From Deltaproteobacteria bacterium (lineage in GTDB: Bacteria > Myxococcota_A > Polyangia > Polyangiales > Houyiibacteriaceae), in contig JAXMNT010000053.1 of the NCBI GenBank assembly GCA_034670305.1, forward strand, positions 1 through 52,269: 52,269 bases of DNA. Reading direction: 5' to 3'. Both the position numbers and the translations under genes were made by a program. Below the pieces are notes generated by a model that searched no databases, was not told the origin of the DNA, and saw nothing but the letters and a program-made list of their open reading frames with translations. This document shows positions 8,798-18,866 of this stretch, piece after piece; the first letter of the stretch is position 1, and every line of letters begins with the position of its first letter.

Positions 8798-9742
8798 GTG
8801 GACAGCGCCGCAGCGGTCTTCCACACCGCGCGTGTGGTTGATCCCGACCGACGCCGCGGCCTGCACGGTGCGCTCTTCGGAGTCGCCGCCTACGGCGCGT
8901 GGGGCGTCATCCCCATCTTCTGGAAAGCGCTCGCCCACGTGGACGTGGTGCAGATCGCGGCCCACCGGGTGGTCTGGGGCTGTCTGACCTTCGCGCTCGT
9001 GTGCGCGCTGCGCGGACAGCTGGGCGAACTCCGCGCGGCGCTGAAGGATCGACGATTGGTCGGACGGCTCGCGGTCACCGCGACCATGCTCGCGACCAAC
9101 TGGGTCATCTTCATCTATGCGATCGCGTCCAACCAGGTCGTCGAGGCGAGCCTTGGGTACTTCATCAACCCGCTGGTCTCCGTCGCACTCGGCCGCATCT
9201 TTTTGCGCGAACGGATCTCGAGACCCCAGATGGCCGCGGTAGCGCTGGCGGCGCTCGGGGTGGTGGCCCTGACGCTCAGCATGGGCGGCGTGCCCTGGCT
9301 CGCCCTGGTGCTCGCGTTCTCCTTCGGCGGCTACGGGCTGCTCCGCAAGACGGCGCGCGCCAACGCCCTCCCAGGGTCGACCGTGGAGACGTTGCTCATG
9401 CTGCCCATCGGGCTCGGCATGCTGGTCTACTTCGAGTCGACTGGCGGTGGCGCGTTCCACGGACAAGACGTGGGATGGCTCATCGCGACCGGGCCGATCA
9501 CCGCGCTGCCCCTCTGGTGGTTCGCGAACGCGGCGCGCCGGCTGCGTCTCGCGACCTTGGGGTTTCTCCAGTACCTCGCGCCGACGGGTCAGTTCCTGCT
9601 TGCGGTGTTCGTCTTCCACGAACCGCTCGCGGCCGAACGGCTCGTGGGGTTCGGGTTCATCTGGTTCGCGCTCGCGCTCTACAGCGGGGACGCGTACCGC
9701 CGCCGGGGCGTTGTCGGCGAGGCTCCTACCACTGACCCGTGA
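8798..9742 (+). CDS. rarD: EamA family transporter RarD
   Basis: About 10 TM helices; AHRVVW, EASLGYFINPL, FGGYGLLRK, LGFLQYLAPT motifs; GTG start after GGAG (start approximate). Confidence 0.9.
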   Translation: MDSAAAVFHTARVVDPDRRRGLHGALFGVAAYGAWGVIPIFWKALAHVDVVQIAAHRVVWGCLTFALVCALRGQLGELRAALKDRRLVGRLAVTATMLATNWVIFIYAIASNQVVEASLGYFINPLVSVALGRIFLRERISRPQMAAVALAALGVVALTLSMGGVPWLALVLAFSFGGYGLLRKTARANALPGSTVETLLMLPIGLGMLVYFESTGGGAFHGQDVGWLIATGPITALPLWWFANAARRLRLATLGFLQYLAPTGQFLLAVFVFHEPLAAERLVGFGFIWFALALYSGDAYRRRGVVGEAPTTDP

Positions 9743-9932
9743 GGTAGGCGGCGAGGAACATGCCGCCGATGCCCACCACGATCAGTGGAAGCACCACGCA
9801 GCCCATGATGAAGTTCATCCGGCTCTTGGTGGGCTCGTCCCAGTTCTGCTGGGCCTTGTGGCTCGCCTTGCGGTAGGTCCGGTCCGCGTCGCGTCGCTGA
9901 CGGTCCTGTCGTTGCTGCCGCCAATCGCTCAT
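9726..9932 (-). CDS. small single-TM hypothetical protein
   Basis: 68 aa with a basic N-terminus and a C-terminal hydrophobic helix. Confidence 0.55.
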   Translation of the reverse strand: MSDWRQQRQDRQRRDADRTYRKASHKAQQNWDEPTKSRMNFIMGCVVLPLIVVGIGGMFLAAYLTGQW

Positions 9933-10044
9933 CGGTGGTTGCCCAGCCGCGATCCCATTCCATTCAAGTCTTCGTTCATGGGCCCCCGGTTCTGGAGTCT
10001 GCCCCGGAACCGCCGGATCGGGAAGCGCCGCTCCGAAACGACGA

Positions 10045-10075
10045 CGGGCCCGACACAACGCGTGTGCCGGGCCCG
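10045..10075 (-). terminator. GC-rich hairpin downstream of can
   Basis: cgggcccgacaca-N5-tgtgccgggcccg imperfect stem; weak U tract. Confidence 0.4.
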
Positions 10076-10098
10076 CCCTCACTGACTTTGTGTCGGAC

Positions 10099-10734
10099 CT
10101 AGCCGGGGCTCGCCATCTGGTACGCGGCCGGAAGCTGTTTCGGGGAACTCACGTTCATGTCGAGATCCTTGATCTTCCCGTCTTCGAGCCCGTAGATCCA
10201 CCCGTGGACCGAGACGTCCTGGCCGCGGTGCCAGGCATCCTGGATGATGGTCGTGTGCGCCAGGTTGGCCACCTGCTCCTGAACGTTCAACTCGCACATC
10301 CGGGTGCCACGGAGCTCGGGGGCCAGTCCTTCGAGCTCCTTCTGATGGAAACGCTGTACATCGCGGATGTGTCGCAGCCAGTTGTCGATCAGCCCGAATG
10401 GCTGGGACTGCATCGACGCGAGCACCCCGCCGCAGCCGTAGTGACCGCACACGATCACGTCCCTGACCTTGAGGACCTCGACGGCGTACTGAACCACCGA
10501 GAGGCAGTTGAGGTCGGTGTGGTTGACGAGGTTTGCGACGTTGCGGTGGACGAAGATCTCACCGGGCTCCACCCCGCAGATCACGTTCGCGGGGACGCGG
10601 CTGTCGGCGCAACCGATCCAGAGGATCTTGGGGGATTGCTGGGCGGTGAGACGCGGAAAGAACGTCGGGTCGTCCTTCGCACGTTGTTCGGCCCAGGCGG
10701 CGTTGTTCTTCAGAACTTGAGCGAGGTCGGTCAT
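10099..10734 (-). CDS. can: beta-class carbonic anhydrase
   Basis: WIGCADSRVP, FVHRNVAN, CGHYGCGG zinc-ligand motifs. Confidence 0.95.
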   Translation of the reverse strand: MTDLAQVLKNNAAWAEQRAKDDPTFFPRLTAQQSPKILWIGCADSRVPANVICGVEPGEIFVHRNVANLVNHTDLNCLSVVQYAVEVLKVRDVIVCGHYGCGGVLASMQSQPFGLIDNWLRHIRDVQRFHQKELEGLAPELRGTRMCELNVQEQVANLAHTTIIQDAWHRGQDVSVHGWIYGLEDGKIKDLDMNVSSPKQLPAAYQMASPG

Positions 10735-12242
10735 GAGGCTTTCGCAGGGGGGAAGGAGGAAAGGAGTTGGATGCGCTCGCCGAACTCACTCTTGAGTGCG
10801 TCGATCGCGGTCTTGAGGTCGTGCGGGACCTCGTCGAGGCCGGAGGTGTCGATTTCCATCGTACCTCCCTGAGTCGGCGCGGCGCGTCGCAACGCGGCGG
10901 GTGTGAGCCAGGGCATCACGTGCGGAATTCGGAACGTCGCTGGCTCCGACTTTCGATGGGCGCGGCGGGCCCGCAGGACTTCGTAGCCAAGGAAACCGGT
11001 GGCGACGACGAAGCCAGCCATGACCCCCGAGAGCAAGTCGCTGAACAGGGTGACGAGAACCGTGGTCGCGAACGGCACGGAGGTGGACGGTGAGGCGCCC
11101 AGCATGGTGCGCAGGCGCTGGGGGCTCGCGAGGTTGAAGCCGACCATCAGAAGCACGCTCGCGAGGGCGGCCAGGGGGATGGCGTTCATCAGCGGTGCCA
11201 GCGCGAGCACGGCGATGAGCAGCCACAGTCCGTGCATGATCGCGCTCATCCGGCTCTTGGCGCCGCTGTTCACGTTGGCCGAACCGCGCACGATGACCGC
11301 GGTCACCGGGATGCCGCCCACCAGGCCCGCCAACATGTTGCCGACACCTTGGGCCAGAAGCTCTCGGTTGGGCGGCGTGTGCCGGTTGAGTGGGTCCTGA
11401 CCGTCGACGGCTTCGGTACACAACAGCGTTTCGATGCTGGCGATGAGCGCGATGCCGAACGCGGCCACCCACACTCGAGGTTCGCCGATCAGTGCGAACT
11501 CTGGGGTGGTCAGCTGGGCGGTGAGGCTCGAGACGCCGCCCTCGGGGATCTCGACGAGCAGGGAGCCACCGACGGCGAGCTCCGGCGCCCAGACCGAGAA
11601 CGCCGCGTTGACCAGCATGCCGATGCCCACCGCGAGCAGTGGACCGGGGAGCCAGCGCATCTTCGAGAGGCGGGTGCGCTTGGAGAGGAAGAGGGCGACC
11701 CCACCGAGGAAAGTGAGGATCGTCGCGCCCAAGTTGAAGTGTCCAAGCGCGAACGGGATCTCGGTGAACGTGTTGCGACCGTCGGCTTGGAAGAACGATT
11801 CGTCGCCTTCGAAGTCGCCCGAGTATCCGAGGGCGTGAGGGATCTGCTTCAGAATCAGGATGATGCCGATCGCGACGAGCATGCCGATGACGACCGGTTT
11901 CGGAAAGAGTCGAGCCACGCCGCCCGCTCGGACGGCGCCCATGACGATCTGCATCGCCCCAGCGAGCATCGTCACCAAGGCGAGACCCGCGTACCCGAAC
12001 TCCTGTCCGGTGGCCAGCACCAGCACGATGAGTCCGGCCGCAGGCCCCGTGACGCTCGTGTGCGAGCCGCTCAGCCACGCGACGACCAGGCCGCCGATGA
12101 TGCCGGACGCGAGGCCCGCCAAGGGCGGTACGCCGGAGGCATGGGCGATGCCGAGGCAAAGGGGCAAGGCCACCAGGAACACCACGATGCTGCTGGGCAG
12201 ATCGTTCTTCACTGTGTCTAGGAAGCGGGAGGGGTTGGACAT
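10731..12242 (-). CDS. SulP/SLC26 family anion (bicarbonate) transporter
   Basis: VFLVALPLCLGIA, SVTGPAAGL, NRELLAQGVGN, PVTAVIVRGSAN; ATGA overlap with can; short, degenerate STAS region. Confidence 0.93.
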   Translation of the reverse strand: MSNPSRFLDTVKNDLPSSIVVFLVALPLCLGIAHASGVPPLAGLASGIIGGLVVAWLSGSHTSVTGPAAGLIVLVLATGQEFGYAGLALVTMLAGAMQIVMGAVRAGGVARLFPKPVVIGMLVAIGIILILKQIPHALGYSGDFEGDESFFQADGRNTFTEIPFALGHFNLGATILTFLGGVALFLSKRTRLSKMRWLPGPLLAVGIGMLVNAAFSVWAPELAVGGSLLVEIPEGGVSSLTAQLTTPEFALIGEPRVWVAAFGIALIASIETLLCTEAVDGQDPLNRHTPPNRELLAQGVGNMLAGLVGGIPVTAVIVRGSANVNSGAKSRMSAIMHGLWLLIAVLALAPLMNAIPLAALASVLLMVGFNLASPQRLRTMLGASPSTSVPFATTVLVTLFSDLLSGVMAGFVVATGFLGYEVLRARRAHRKSEPATFRIPHVMPWLTPAALRRAAPTQGGTMEIDTSGLDEVPHDLKTAIDALKSEFGERIQLLSSFPPAKAS

Positions 12243-12254
12243 ACGCGGGCTCTT

Positions 12255-12270
12255 TGCACAGCGCGTTCCA
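12255..12270 (-). promoter_or_regulatory. sigma-54 (-24/-12) promoter of sulP-can
   Basis: Minus strand TGGAAC-GCGCT-GTGCA (GG-N10-GC), next to a divergent sigma-54 activator operon. Confidence 0.6.
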
Positions 12271-12329
12271 CACTCCGTGACTCGATTTCCCGCGCAATTG
12301 AGGTCGCAGCCGGTTTGCGAACGAAAAGG

Positions 12330-12369
12330 TCGAAAGGTTCTTGTGAGAGAGGTCTCAAGAATCTTTCGA
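12330..12369. promoter_or_regulatory. AT-rich inverted repeat, candidate enhancer (UAS)
   Basis: tcgaaaggttcttgtgaga-N4-tctcaagaatctttcga, 60-100 bp upstream of the sigma-54 site. Confidence 0.5.
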
Positions 12370-12457
12370 GTGCGGGAGCGTACGGCCCACCGAGCGCGTG
12401 GTCGCCACCGTGCTTGGCCACTTGCCGAATCCTGCCGGCGCGGGGTAACGGTGCCGC

Positions 12458-14326
12458 GTGAGGTTGTCGACCAAGACCGCGCTGGTGCTCGCCGCGTTCG
12501 CGGTGGTGTGCGTCGGCGGAACCGGCGGCTACCTCTACACGCTCTCTCGGACGGGCTATCAGGAGGTCGTACTCGACCGCCAGACCCTGCTCGTCTCGCA
12601 AGCCGCAGCCCAGCTTCACCAGCAGCTGCAGTTGGCGATCGAGAAACTCGACCGGATGGCGCACATGTCCGAAGTCGACCTGACCGACGACGACGACGGT
12701 CCAGAGCGGCGGCTCCTGAGCGAGGCGTGGCGGCTCGGGCTGTTCTTCTCGCGCGGCACCATCGAACTGCTGGATGCGCGGGGGCTCTGTCACGGCGCCG
12801 AGCCCGAACACGATGCGTGCATCGGCCGGAGCTACGCGGACGCCCCCTGGTTCGCGGAAGGCCGCGCCGCACGGGCACCGACCTTGCGCATTCGCCCGCG
12901 GCCTGGACAGAACGCGGTGCTTGGGTTCTTCGTGCCGATCCGCGACCGGAACGCGTTGGTGGGCATCCTCCATGGCGAACTCGAGTTCAGCCGATCCCAG
13001 TTGTTGGAAGACGCAGCCGCCGACACGACCTTTCCGCCAGAAATGTTGATCGTGGTCAACGAGGCAGCGGAGGTGCTCCACCAAGAGGGGACCGCGGACC
13101 TTCACTCGGCGGTGTGGCGCAGCGTGCTGGAAGGGATCGACGACCAGCCGTCGGGCGCACGGCGCATCGTACTCGCGGATGGAGACCGCGCCTTCGCTTG
13201 GGCGCCCGTGGGCGACACCGGCACGACCATGATCGAGTCGTGGCAGTGGGGTGCCCTCGATCCGCACGCAGACGAGCGCCTGGAGGCCCTGTTCGTCGCC
13301 GCGATCGTGCTCGCGTTCGTGGGCGTGGCCTTGGGGATGCTGCTCGCGGGCCGGATCAACGAGCCGGTGCTGGCGCTCGCCCGCGACGTGCAACGCGTCC
13401 AGAGCGAGGGGCGTCCACTCGCCCCCGGCGAAGGCAGCGATGAGATCCAGGAGTTGAGGACCGCCTTCGTGTCGCTGGTGTCGGCGCTCGAGGAACGGGA
13501 AGGGCGCGCGCGCCGGGACCGCGACCGGATCGCGGAGCTTGCGGACACCCTCGAAGAGCGGGTGCGCGACCGGACGCAGCAGCTGGAGCAAGCCCAGCAG
13601 GACCTGGTCCGCGCCGAACGCCTCGCCGCGCTGGGGAGCGCAGGTGCGGCGCTCTCCCACGAAATCCGCAACTCGCTCAACGGACTCTCGGTTGGCATGG
13701 ACGCGCTCGAGTCGCTGGATGGCCCGGCCCGCGCCAAGGTCCGCAAACACGTGCGCGCAGAGATCGGGCGGCTGCTCCTTCTGGCGGACGCGCTGCTCGA
13801 CCTGGCGCGCCCCCGCACGCTGAAGGCAGAGCGGGTCGGTGTCGCGGGCCTGCTCGAGCGTTGTGCGTTCTTGATCGAAGAGGACGCTGCGGAACGAGGA
13901 GTTTCGGTGGAGGTCGTCGACTTGTGCGAGGGTGGCGATGTGCCGGTCGACGAAGTCCTCATCCAGAGCGCGCTCGTGAACCTCCTGCGCAACGCCGTAG
14001 AAGCGGTCGAGGGGAAGGGCGAGCGGGTGCGCATCACCGCGCAGTTCGTGGATGAGACCTGGCGGGTGGATGTGGACGACGACGGACCGGGTGTCGCCAA
14101 CCACCCCGACGGTGCGCCGTTGGCGGACCGGATCTTCGAACCTTTCGTCTCGGGGCGTTCAGGCGGCGTCGGTCTCGGTTTGGCGATCTCTCAGCGGTTC
14201 GTTCAACTGCATGGAGGGCAACTCGAACTCGTGCCCGGGGTACTCGGCGGCGCGTGCTTTCGCCTGACGCTTCCTCTGCGTGCTCCGGAGACGTCCAACA
14301 CACCGGCCGAGGAGTCCAAGGCATGA
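12458..14326 (+). CDS. membrane sensor histidine kinase (periplasmic sensor, HAMP, HisKA, HATPase)
   Basis: Two TM helices; SHEIRNSL H-box, NLLRNAVEA, DDGPGV, IFEPF, GVGLGLAIS. Confidence 0.95.
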   Translation: MRLSTKTALVLAAFAVVCVGGTGGYLYTLSRTGYQEVVLDRQTLLVSQAAAQLHQQLQLAIEKLDRMAHMSEVDLTDDDDGPERRLLSEAWRLGLFFSRGTIELLDARGLCHGAEPEHDACIGRSYADAPWFAEGRAARAPTLRIRPRPGQNAVLGFFVPIRDRNALVGILHGELEFSRSQLLEDAAADTTFPPEMLIVVNEAAEVLHQEGTADLHSAVWRSVLEGIDDQPSGARRIVLADGDRAFAWAPVGDTGTTMIESWQWGALDPHADERLEALFVAAIVLAFVGVALGMLLAGRINEPVLALARDVQRVQSEGRPLAPGEGSDEIQELRTAFVSLVSALEEREGRARRDRDRIAELADTLEERVRDRTQQLEQAQQDLVRAERLAALGSAGAALSHEIRNSLNGLSVGMDALESLDGPARAKVRKHVRAEIGRLLLLADALLDLARPRTLKAERVGVAGLLERCAFLIEEDAAERGVSVEVVDLCEGGDVPVDEVLIQSALVNLLRNAVEAVEGKGERVRITAQFVDETWRVDVDDDGPGVANHPDGAPLADRIFEPFVSGRSGGVGLGLAISQRFVQLHGGQLELVPGVLGGACFRLTLPLRAPETSNTPAEESKA

Positions 14327-15711
14327 GCCAGCACGCGAGCGTATTGCTGGTGGACGACGACAAGTCCTTCCGGGTGATCCTCGAGTCGGCGCTCGAGGCC
14401 GAGGGGTACGAGGTTCGGAGCGCGAAGAACGTCGCGACCGGCCGAAAGGCATGGAAGCAGCACACTGCCGATCTCGTCATTCTCGATCGCAACCTCCCGG
14501 ACGGCGACGGCGTCGACCTGCTGCGGGAACTGCGCAAGGACGCCACCGAACGCAACCTCGACACGACCTTCCTCGTGGTCACCGCCTACGCCGACGTCGA
14601 CAACGCGGTCCTCGCGCTCAAACACGGAGCGGACGACTACGTCACCAAACCGGTCCAGCTTCCGGACCTGTTGCTCAAGCTGAGCAAGGGGCTGGAACGA
14701 CGTGCGCTCGAGCGGCGGGTGCGCGCGCTGCGCCGGGCCGAGCCGGACGTGGTTTCCATCCTACGACGCACGAGAAGTCCCGCCATGATGCGGGTCCTCG
14801 ACATGGCCGAGCGGGTCGCGGAGAGCCCCGACACCTCGGTGTTGATTCAGGGCGAGAGCGGCACCGGCAAAGACATGGTCGCCCGGTTCATCCATTCGCT
14901 CACCCCCGGGCGAAGCGACAACGCGTACGTGGAGCTCAACTGCGCGGCGATCGGAGAGCAGCTCGCGGAGAGCGAACTTTTCGGGCACGAGCGGGGCGCC
15001 TTCACCGACGCGAAGACCAGCAAGCGGGGGCTGCTCGAGCTGGCCGACGACGGCTCTCTGTTCCTGGATGAGATCGGGGACCTTGGACCGGGCGTACAGG
15101 GCAAGCTGCTGCGCGTGCTGGAGACCATGCGCTTTCGGCGGGTGGGCGGAACCGACGAACGTTCGGTCGACGTGCGCGTCTTGAGCGCCACCCACCGAGA
15201 CCTCGGTGAAGCGGTGGAGGCCGGGCGGTTCCGTTTGGATCTCTACCACCGGCTCGACGTGTTTCACCTGAGCGTGCCGCCGCTGCGCCACCGGCCCGAA
15301 GACGTGCTCGACCTGGCCGAGCAGTTCCTGTACGCCACCGCGCGCCGGTTGGGTCGCGACATCGAAGGGATTCACCCCGACGCGGCGTCGGCGCTGCTCG
15401 CGTACCGTTTTCCTGGCAACGTGCGGGAACTCAAGAACGTGATGGAGCGCGCGGTGATCCTGGAGACTGGGCCGCAGCTCACAACGGACGCCTTGGTGCT
15501 CGGCCGACGCGGTGCCCATGCGACCCTGCCGCCTCCCAGCGTGTTCTTTCAGGCCGACCTCGGCGACGATGGACAGCCGCCGACGTTGAAGGAGGTGGAG
15601 CGCGCGTACATCGAGAAAGTGTACGAACACGCGAGCGGCAACAAGACCGCCACGGCCCGCATCTTGGGGGTGTCGTTCCCGACCGTGCAGAAGAAGCTTC
15701 AGGACGACTGA
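14323..15711 (+). CDS. sigma-54-dependent response regulator (NtrC/AtoC family)
   Basis: REC domain (LLVDDD, ILDRNLPD), GESGTGKD, GAFTDA, LFLDEIG, FPGNVREL, C-terminal HTH; ATGA overlap with the kinase. Confidence 0.96.
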   Translation: MSQHASVLLVDDDKSFRVILESALEAEGYEVRSAKNVATGRKAWKQHTADLVILDRNLPDGDGVDLLRELRKDATERNLDTTFLVVTAYADVDNAVLALKHGADDYVTKPVQLPDLLLKLSKGLERRALERRVRALRRAEPDVVSILRRTRSPAMMRVLDMAERVAESPDTSVLIQGESGTGKDMVARFIHSLTPGRSDNAYVELNCAAIGEQLAESELFGHERGAFTDAKTSKRGLLELADDGSLFLDEIGDLGPGVQGKLLRVLETMRFRRVGGTDERSVDVRVLSATHRDLGEAVEAGRFRLDLYHRLDVFHLSVPPLRHRPEDVLDLAEQFLYATARRLGRDIEGIHPDAASALLAYRFPGNVRELKNVMERAVILETGPQLTTDALVLGRRGAHATLPPPSVFFQADLGDDGQPPTLKEVERAYIEKVYEHASGNKTATARILGVSFPTVQKKLQDD

Positions 15712-16259
15712 GTTCGCACCGGACGATGTCCGGCGAACTTCTTGGCCAACCGCGCCAACGTCCCGGTGGTGCGCATCGTGTTGACCCCAACGAGCTTCTG
15801 GATGGCGCGCAGGTCGAGCGTTGAGTCCGTGATCTTGCCCACGGGCAACCAGTAGAGCGCGTCGTGGGCAAAGCACAGTCGGTCGTCGCTCGCATCGAAC
15901 GCCATGACCGCATCGCGGGTGGTGTCGCTCGGCGCCTTCCGCAGGATCATGATCTGTGGTTTGCCCGCCTTGGCGAGCAGCGCGTCTTCGAATGGTGGGA
16001 CCGCCAACTTCGCGACCTGTTCGAGCGGTCGCACCATGGTCGCGACCTCGTACCCGAGCTCGGTGGCGAGCCCCTTCTCGATTCTCTTCTCGAGGGCGAT
16101 TGTCTTCTGCGCACGCGTGTCGAACACGACGTTGCCGCTGGCCTGATACGCGGTCGCGTCTTCGAGCCCGAGGGTCTGGAACGCGGCGCAGAGCTCCGGG
16201 TTCGTGATCCGCCGTCGACCGAGGTTCATGCCGCGAAGGAACGCTGCGTACCGAGTCAT
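15699..16259 (-). CDS. DUF1697 domain protein
   Basis: YAAFLRGMNLG...ATAYQASGNVVF N-terminal motif. Confidence 0.88.
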   Translation of the reverse strand: MTRYAAFLRGMNLGRRRITNPELCAAFQTLGLEDATAYQASGNVVFDTRAQKTIALEKRIEKGLATELGYEVATMVRPLEQVAKLAVPPFEDALLAKAGKPQIMILRKAPSDTTRDAVMAFDASDDRLCFAHDALYWLPVGKITDSTLDLRAIQKLVGVNTMRTTGTLARLAKKFAGHRPVRTQSS

Positions 16260-16322
16260 GCACATCTCTACCGCCTCGGAAGGGAGGCGCCAAGGATCCT
16301 TCCGGCCATCTGTCAGACCCCC

Positions 16323-16997
16323 ATGGTTCCTCTCCGCGTGTCTTCCTTGCGCCTTGCACTGGCCGCAGCGGCCATGTTTGCCGCGTCGACCGCGAAGGCT
16401 CAGGAAGTGACCGCCGATGCCGCCCACGTCCTGCGAGCGCGGCAAGCGGATGTGGCGGACATCGCCTCCCTCCAAGAAGTCCAACGCTACGACCACGACA
16501 CCACCTTCCGGGTGGGCCTCGTGCGCGCAACCTCCGGGCTCTACGCGGTCGCCCGGTGGCGTCTCCGGCCAAGAGACCAGTGGTCCCTCGGGTTCCGACA
16601 CGTGCACGCGGGACCCGGCGGCATGCCACCGAGGATCGAGGTGGTCTCCCGCGACCGGCGCATCTTCGCCGTGCACCACACCCTGCCTCCCGAACCCGCC
16701 CCGACGGGCCGATGCCATTGCACGGCGCCCGGCGGCGACCTCCAGGTGACGTGGCTGATGGTCTCCAGTGCTGGCGTACTCGTGCGCCTGCTCGACTACG
16801 ACCCGGACGTGGGCAGCGCGTCCTGGAACGAGGCGGCCGCCCGGGTCACGATCGTTCAGCGATCGGGGCCCGTCCGCTGCCCCTCCGGTTGCGAACCCGC
16901 CCCCGCCGTCCAGCTCATCCACCGCCGCAAGTTGGAACTCCGCGGCGACCGAATGGAACCGGTCAGCGAAGACTTCGAGAGTCGATACACCGCCTGA
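16323..16997 (+). CDS. hypothetical secreted protein
   Basis: Signal peptide ending AKA|Q; 224 aa; four Cys residues. Confidence 0.65.
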   Translation: MVPLRVSSLRLALAAAAMFAASTAKAQEVTADAAHVLRARQADVADIASLQEVQRYDHDTTFRVGLVRATSGLYAVARWRLRPRDQWSLGFRHVHAGPGGMPPRIEVVSRDRRIFAVHHTLPPEPAPTGRCHCTAPGGDLQVTWLMVSSAGVLVRLLDYDPDVGSASWNEAAARVTIVQRSGPVRCPSGCEPAPAVQLIHRRKLELRGDRMEPVSEDFESRYTA

Positions 16998-17024
16998 GCC
17001 TCGGGGCCTCGGAATAGGACCGGC

Positions 17025-17344
17025 TCGGAGTCCGGGATCGGAGCCGAGTCGGCTTCGGAGTCGGCATCGGCGTCGGCGTCGGCTTCGGGATCGGCTTCGG
17101 GATCGGCTTCGGAGTCGGCGTCGGCTTCGGCGTCGGCTTCGGCTTCGGGATCGGCTTCGGGATCGGCTTCGGAGTCGGCTTCGGCTTCGGAGTCGGCTTC
17201 GGAGTCGGAGTCGGCTTCGGAGTCGGAGTCGGCTTCGGAGTCGGAGTCGGCTTCGGGATCGGCTTCGGAGTCGGCGTCAGCGTCGGCTTCGGGATCGGCT
17301 TCGGAGTCGGCTTCGGGCTTTCGGGATCGGCTTCGGGATCGGCT
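17025..17344 (+). repeat. degenerate TCGGNN hexamer tandem array (about 50 units)
   Basis: TCGGCT/TCGGAG/TCGGGA/TCGGCG units between convergent genes. Confidence 0.95.
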
Positions 17345-17349
17345 GAGCG

Positions 17350-18717
17350 TCAGTCCCGTCGGGACCGTCCGCCACCACCGCCGCCACCGCTGCGACCACC
17401 GCCGCCGCCGCCGCCGCTGCGACCACCACCGCCGCCACCGCCGCCACGCCCGCGCCCACCACCGCCGCCGCGTCCACGCCCACCGCCGCCGCCGCCACGT
17501 CGCGGGCCGCCGCGTTTGTGGCTGGGCTTTCGGCCCCCGCCACCACCACCGCGTTTCGACTCGAGGTCGGTCATCGGGGGCAGGGGCTGACTGGGCGGGA
17601 AGGGATGGTCTTCGATGCGATCCAGGTGGGTTCCGAGCAGTCGTTCGATGTCGATGAGGAACGGACGCTCTTCGCTCTCGACGAACGACAGCGCGATGCC
17701 GGATGCGCCCGCGCGGGCCGTGCGGCCGATGCGGTGTACGTAGGTCTCCGCCACGTTCGGGATGTCGAAGTTGATCACGTGCGTGATGCCTTCGACGTCG
17801 ATGCCGCGCGCCGCGATGTCGGTCGCGACGAGGACGTTCAGGGTGCCGGCACGAAATCCGTCGAGGGCCCGCGTGCGCGCCCCCTGCGACTTGTTGCCGT
17901 GGATGGCGGCGGCTTGGATGCCGGCTTTGTCGAGCTGCTGCACGACGCGGTTGGCGCCGTGTTTGGTCCGCGTGAAGACAAGCGTGTGTTCGACGGCGTC
18001 CTTCTTGAGCAGTTCGACGAGCAGCCGCCGCTTGTCCGCCTTGTCGACGAAGTACACGTGCTGCGAGACCTTCTCGGCCGCGGACGAGATCGGGGCGACG
18101 GCCACCGACACCGGATCGTGGAGGAGGTCCTCCGCGAGCGAACGGATCGCTTGAGGCATCGTGGCGGAGAAGAAGAGCGTCTGACGCTTCTTCGGCAGCT
18201 TCATGATCACGCGACGCACGTCCGGCAGGAACCCCATGTCCAGCATCCGGTCGGCTTCGTCGAGCACGAAGATCTCGATGTCGCGCAGATCGACGAACCC
18301 TCGGTTCATGAGATCGAGCAGCCGTCCGGGCGTGGCCACCAGCGCGTCGATGCCCCGCTTGAGTTCCTTGATCTGCGGCTTCTCGTTCACGCCGCCGAAG
18401 ATGACCGCGTGCCAGAGATCGAGGTGTTTGCCGTAGGTTCGGAAGCTCTCGCTGATCTGTGCGGCGAGCTCCCGCGTCGGGGTCAGCACGAGCGCGCGAA
18501 GTTTGGCTTCTTCACCCGAAGAGGCGTCGAGACGATGCAGAAGCGGGAGCCCGAAACCTGCCGTCTTGCCCGTGCCGGTCTGGGCGCAGCCGAGCACATC
18601 GCGCCCTTCGAGGGCGGGCGGAATCGCCTGCTCCTGGATCGGGGTCGGTTCGGTGTACCCGGTCTCTTGGACGGCGCGGAGGATTTCGGGGTGGAGCTTG
18701 AGTTCGTCGAATCGCAC
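17350..18717 (-). CDS. rhlE: DEAD-box RNA helicase (RhlE-like) with Gly/Arg-rich tail
   Basis: [47 protein letters not shown] start chosen at 18717. Confidence 0.93.
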   Translation of the reverse strand: MRFDELKLHPEILRAVQETGYTEPTPIQEQAIPPALEGRDVLGCAQTGTGKTAGFGLPLLHRLDASSGEEAKLRALVLTPTRELAAQISESFRTYGKHLDLWHAVIFGGVNEKPQIKELKRGIDALVATPGRLLDLMNRGFVDLRDIEIFVLDEADRMLDMGFLPDVRRVIMKLPKKRQTLFFSATMPQAIRSLAEDLLHDPVSVAVAPISSAAEKVSQHVYFVDKADKRRLLVELLKKDAVEHTLVFTRTKHGANRVVQQLDKAGIQAAAIHGNKSQGARTRALDGFRAGTLNVLVATDIAARGIDVEGITHVINFDIPNVAETYVHRIGRTARAGASGIALSFVESEERPFLIDIERLLGTHLDRIEDHPFPPSQPLPPMTDLESKRGGGGGGRKPSHKRGGPRRGGGGGGRGRGGGGGRGRGGGGGGGGRSGGGGGGGRSGGGGGGGRSRRD

Positions 18718-18812
18718 GCCCCTACGTCGCAGACTTCCGGATCTGCGCAACCAATCTTCGAACCCCACCGACCGAAACGGCCAGGCTCGAAACCGGGACC
18801 CCCGAACGCAGC

Positions 18813-18845
18813 GAAGGCGAGAAGGGCGGTTGCCCTCTCGCCTTC
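18813..18845 (-). terminator. hairpin between the RRM gene and rhlE
   Basis: gaaggcgagaagggc-ggtt-gccctctcgccttc stem; no clear U tract. Confidence 0.45.
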
Positions 18846-18866
18846 CTCATCCGGTCGTTCGGTCGT

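Noticed and set aside
8283-9742. Glyoxalase and rarD as part of the putative defence system
   Set aside because: Common stand-alone housekeeping families; the overlap with the HEPN-like gene alone is insufficient evidence
17025-17344. Possible CRISPR array (also 32678-33035 and 46004-46144)
   Set aside because: Contiguous 6-bp units with no unique spacers, and no cas genes in the window
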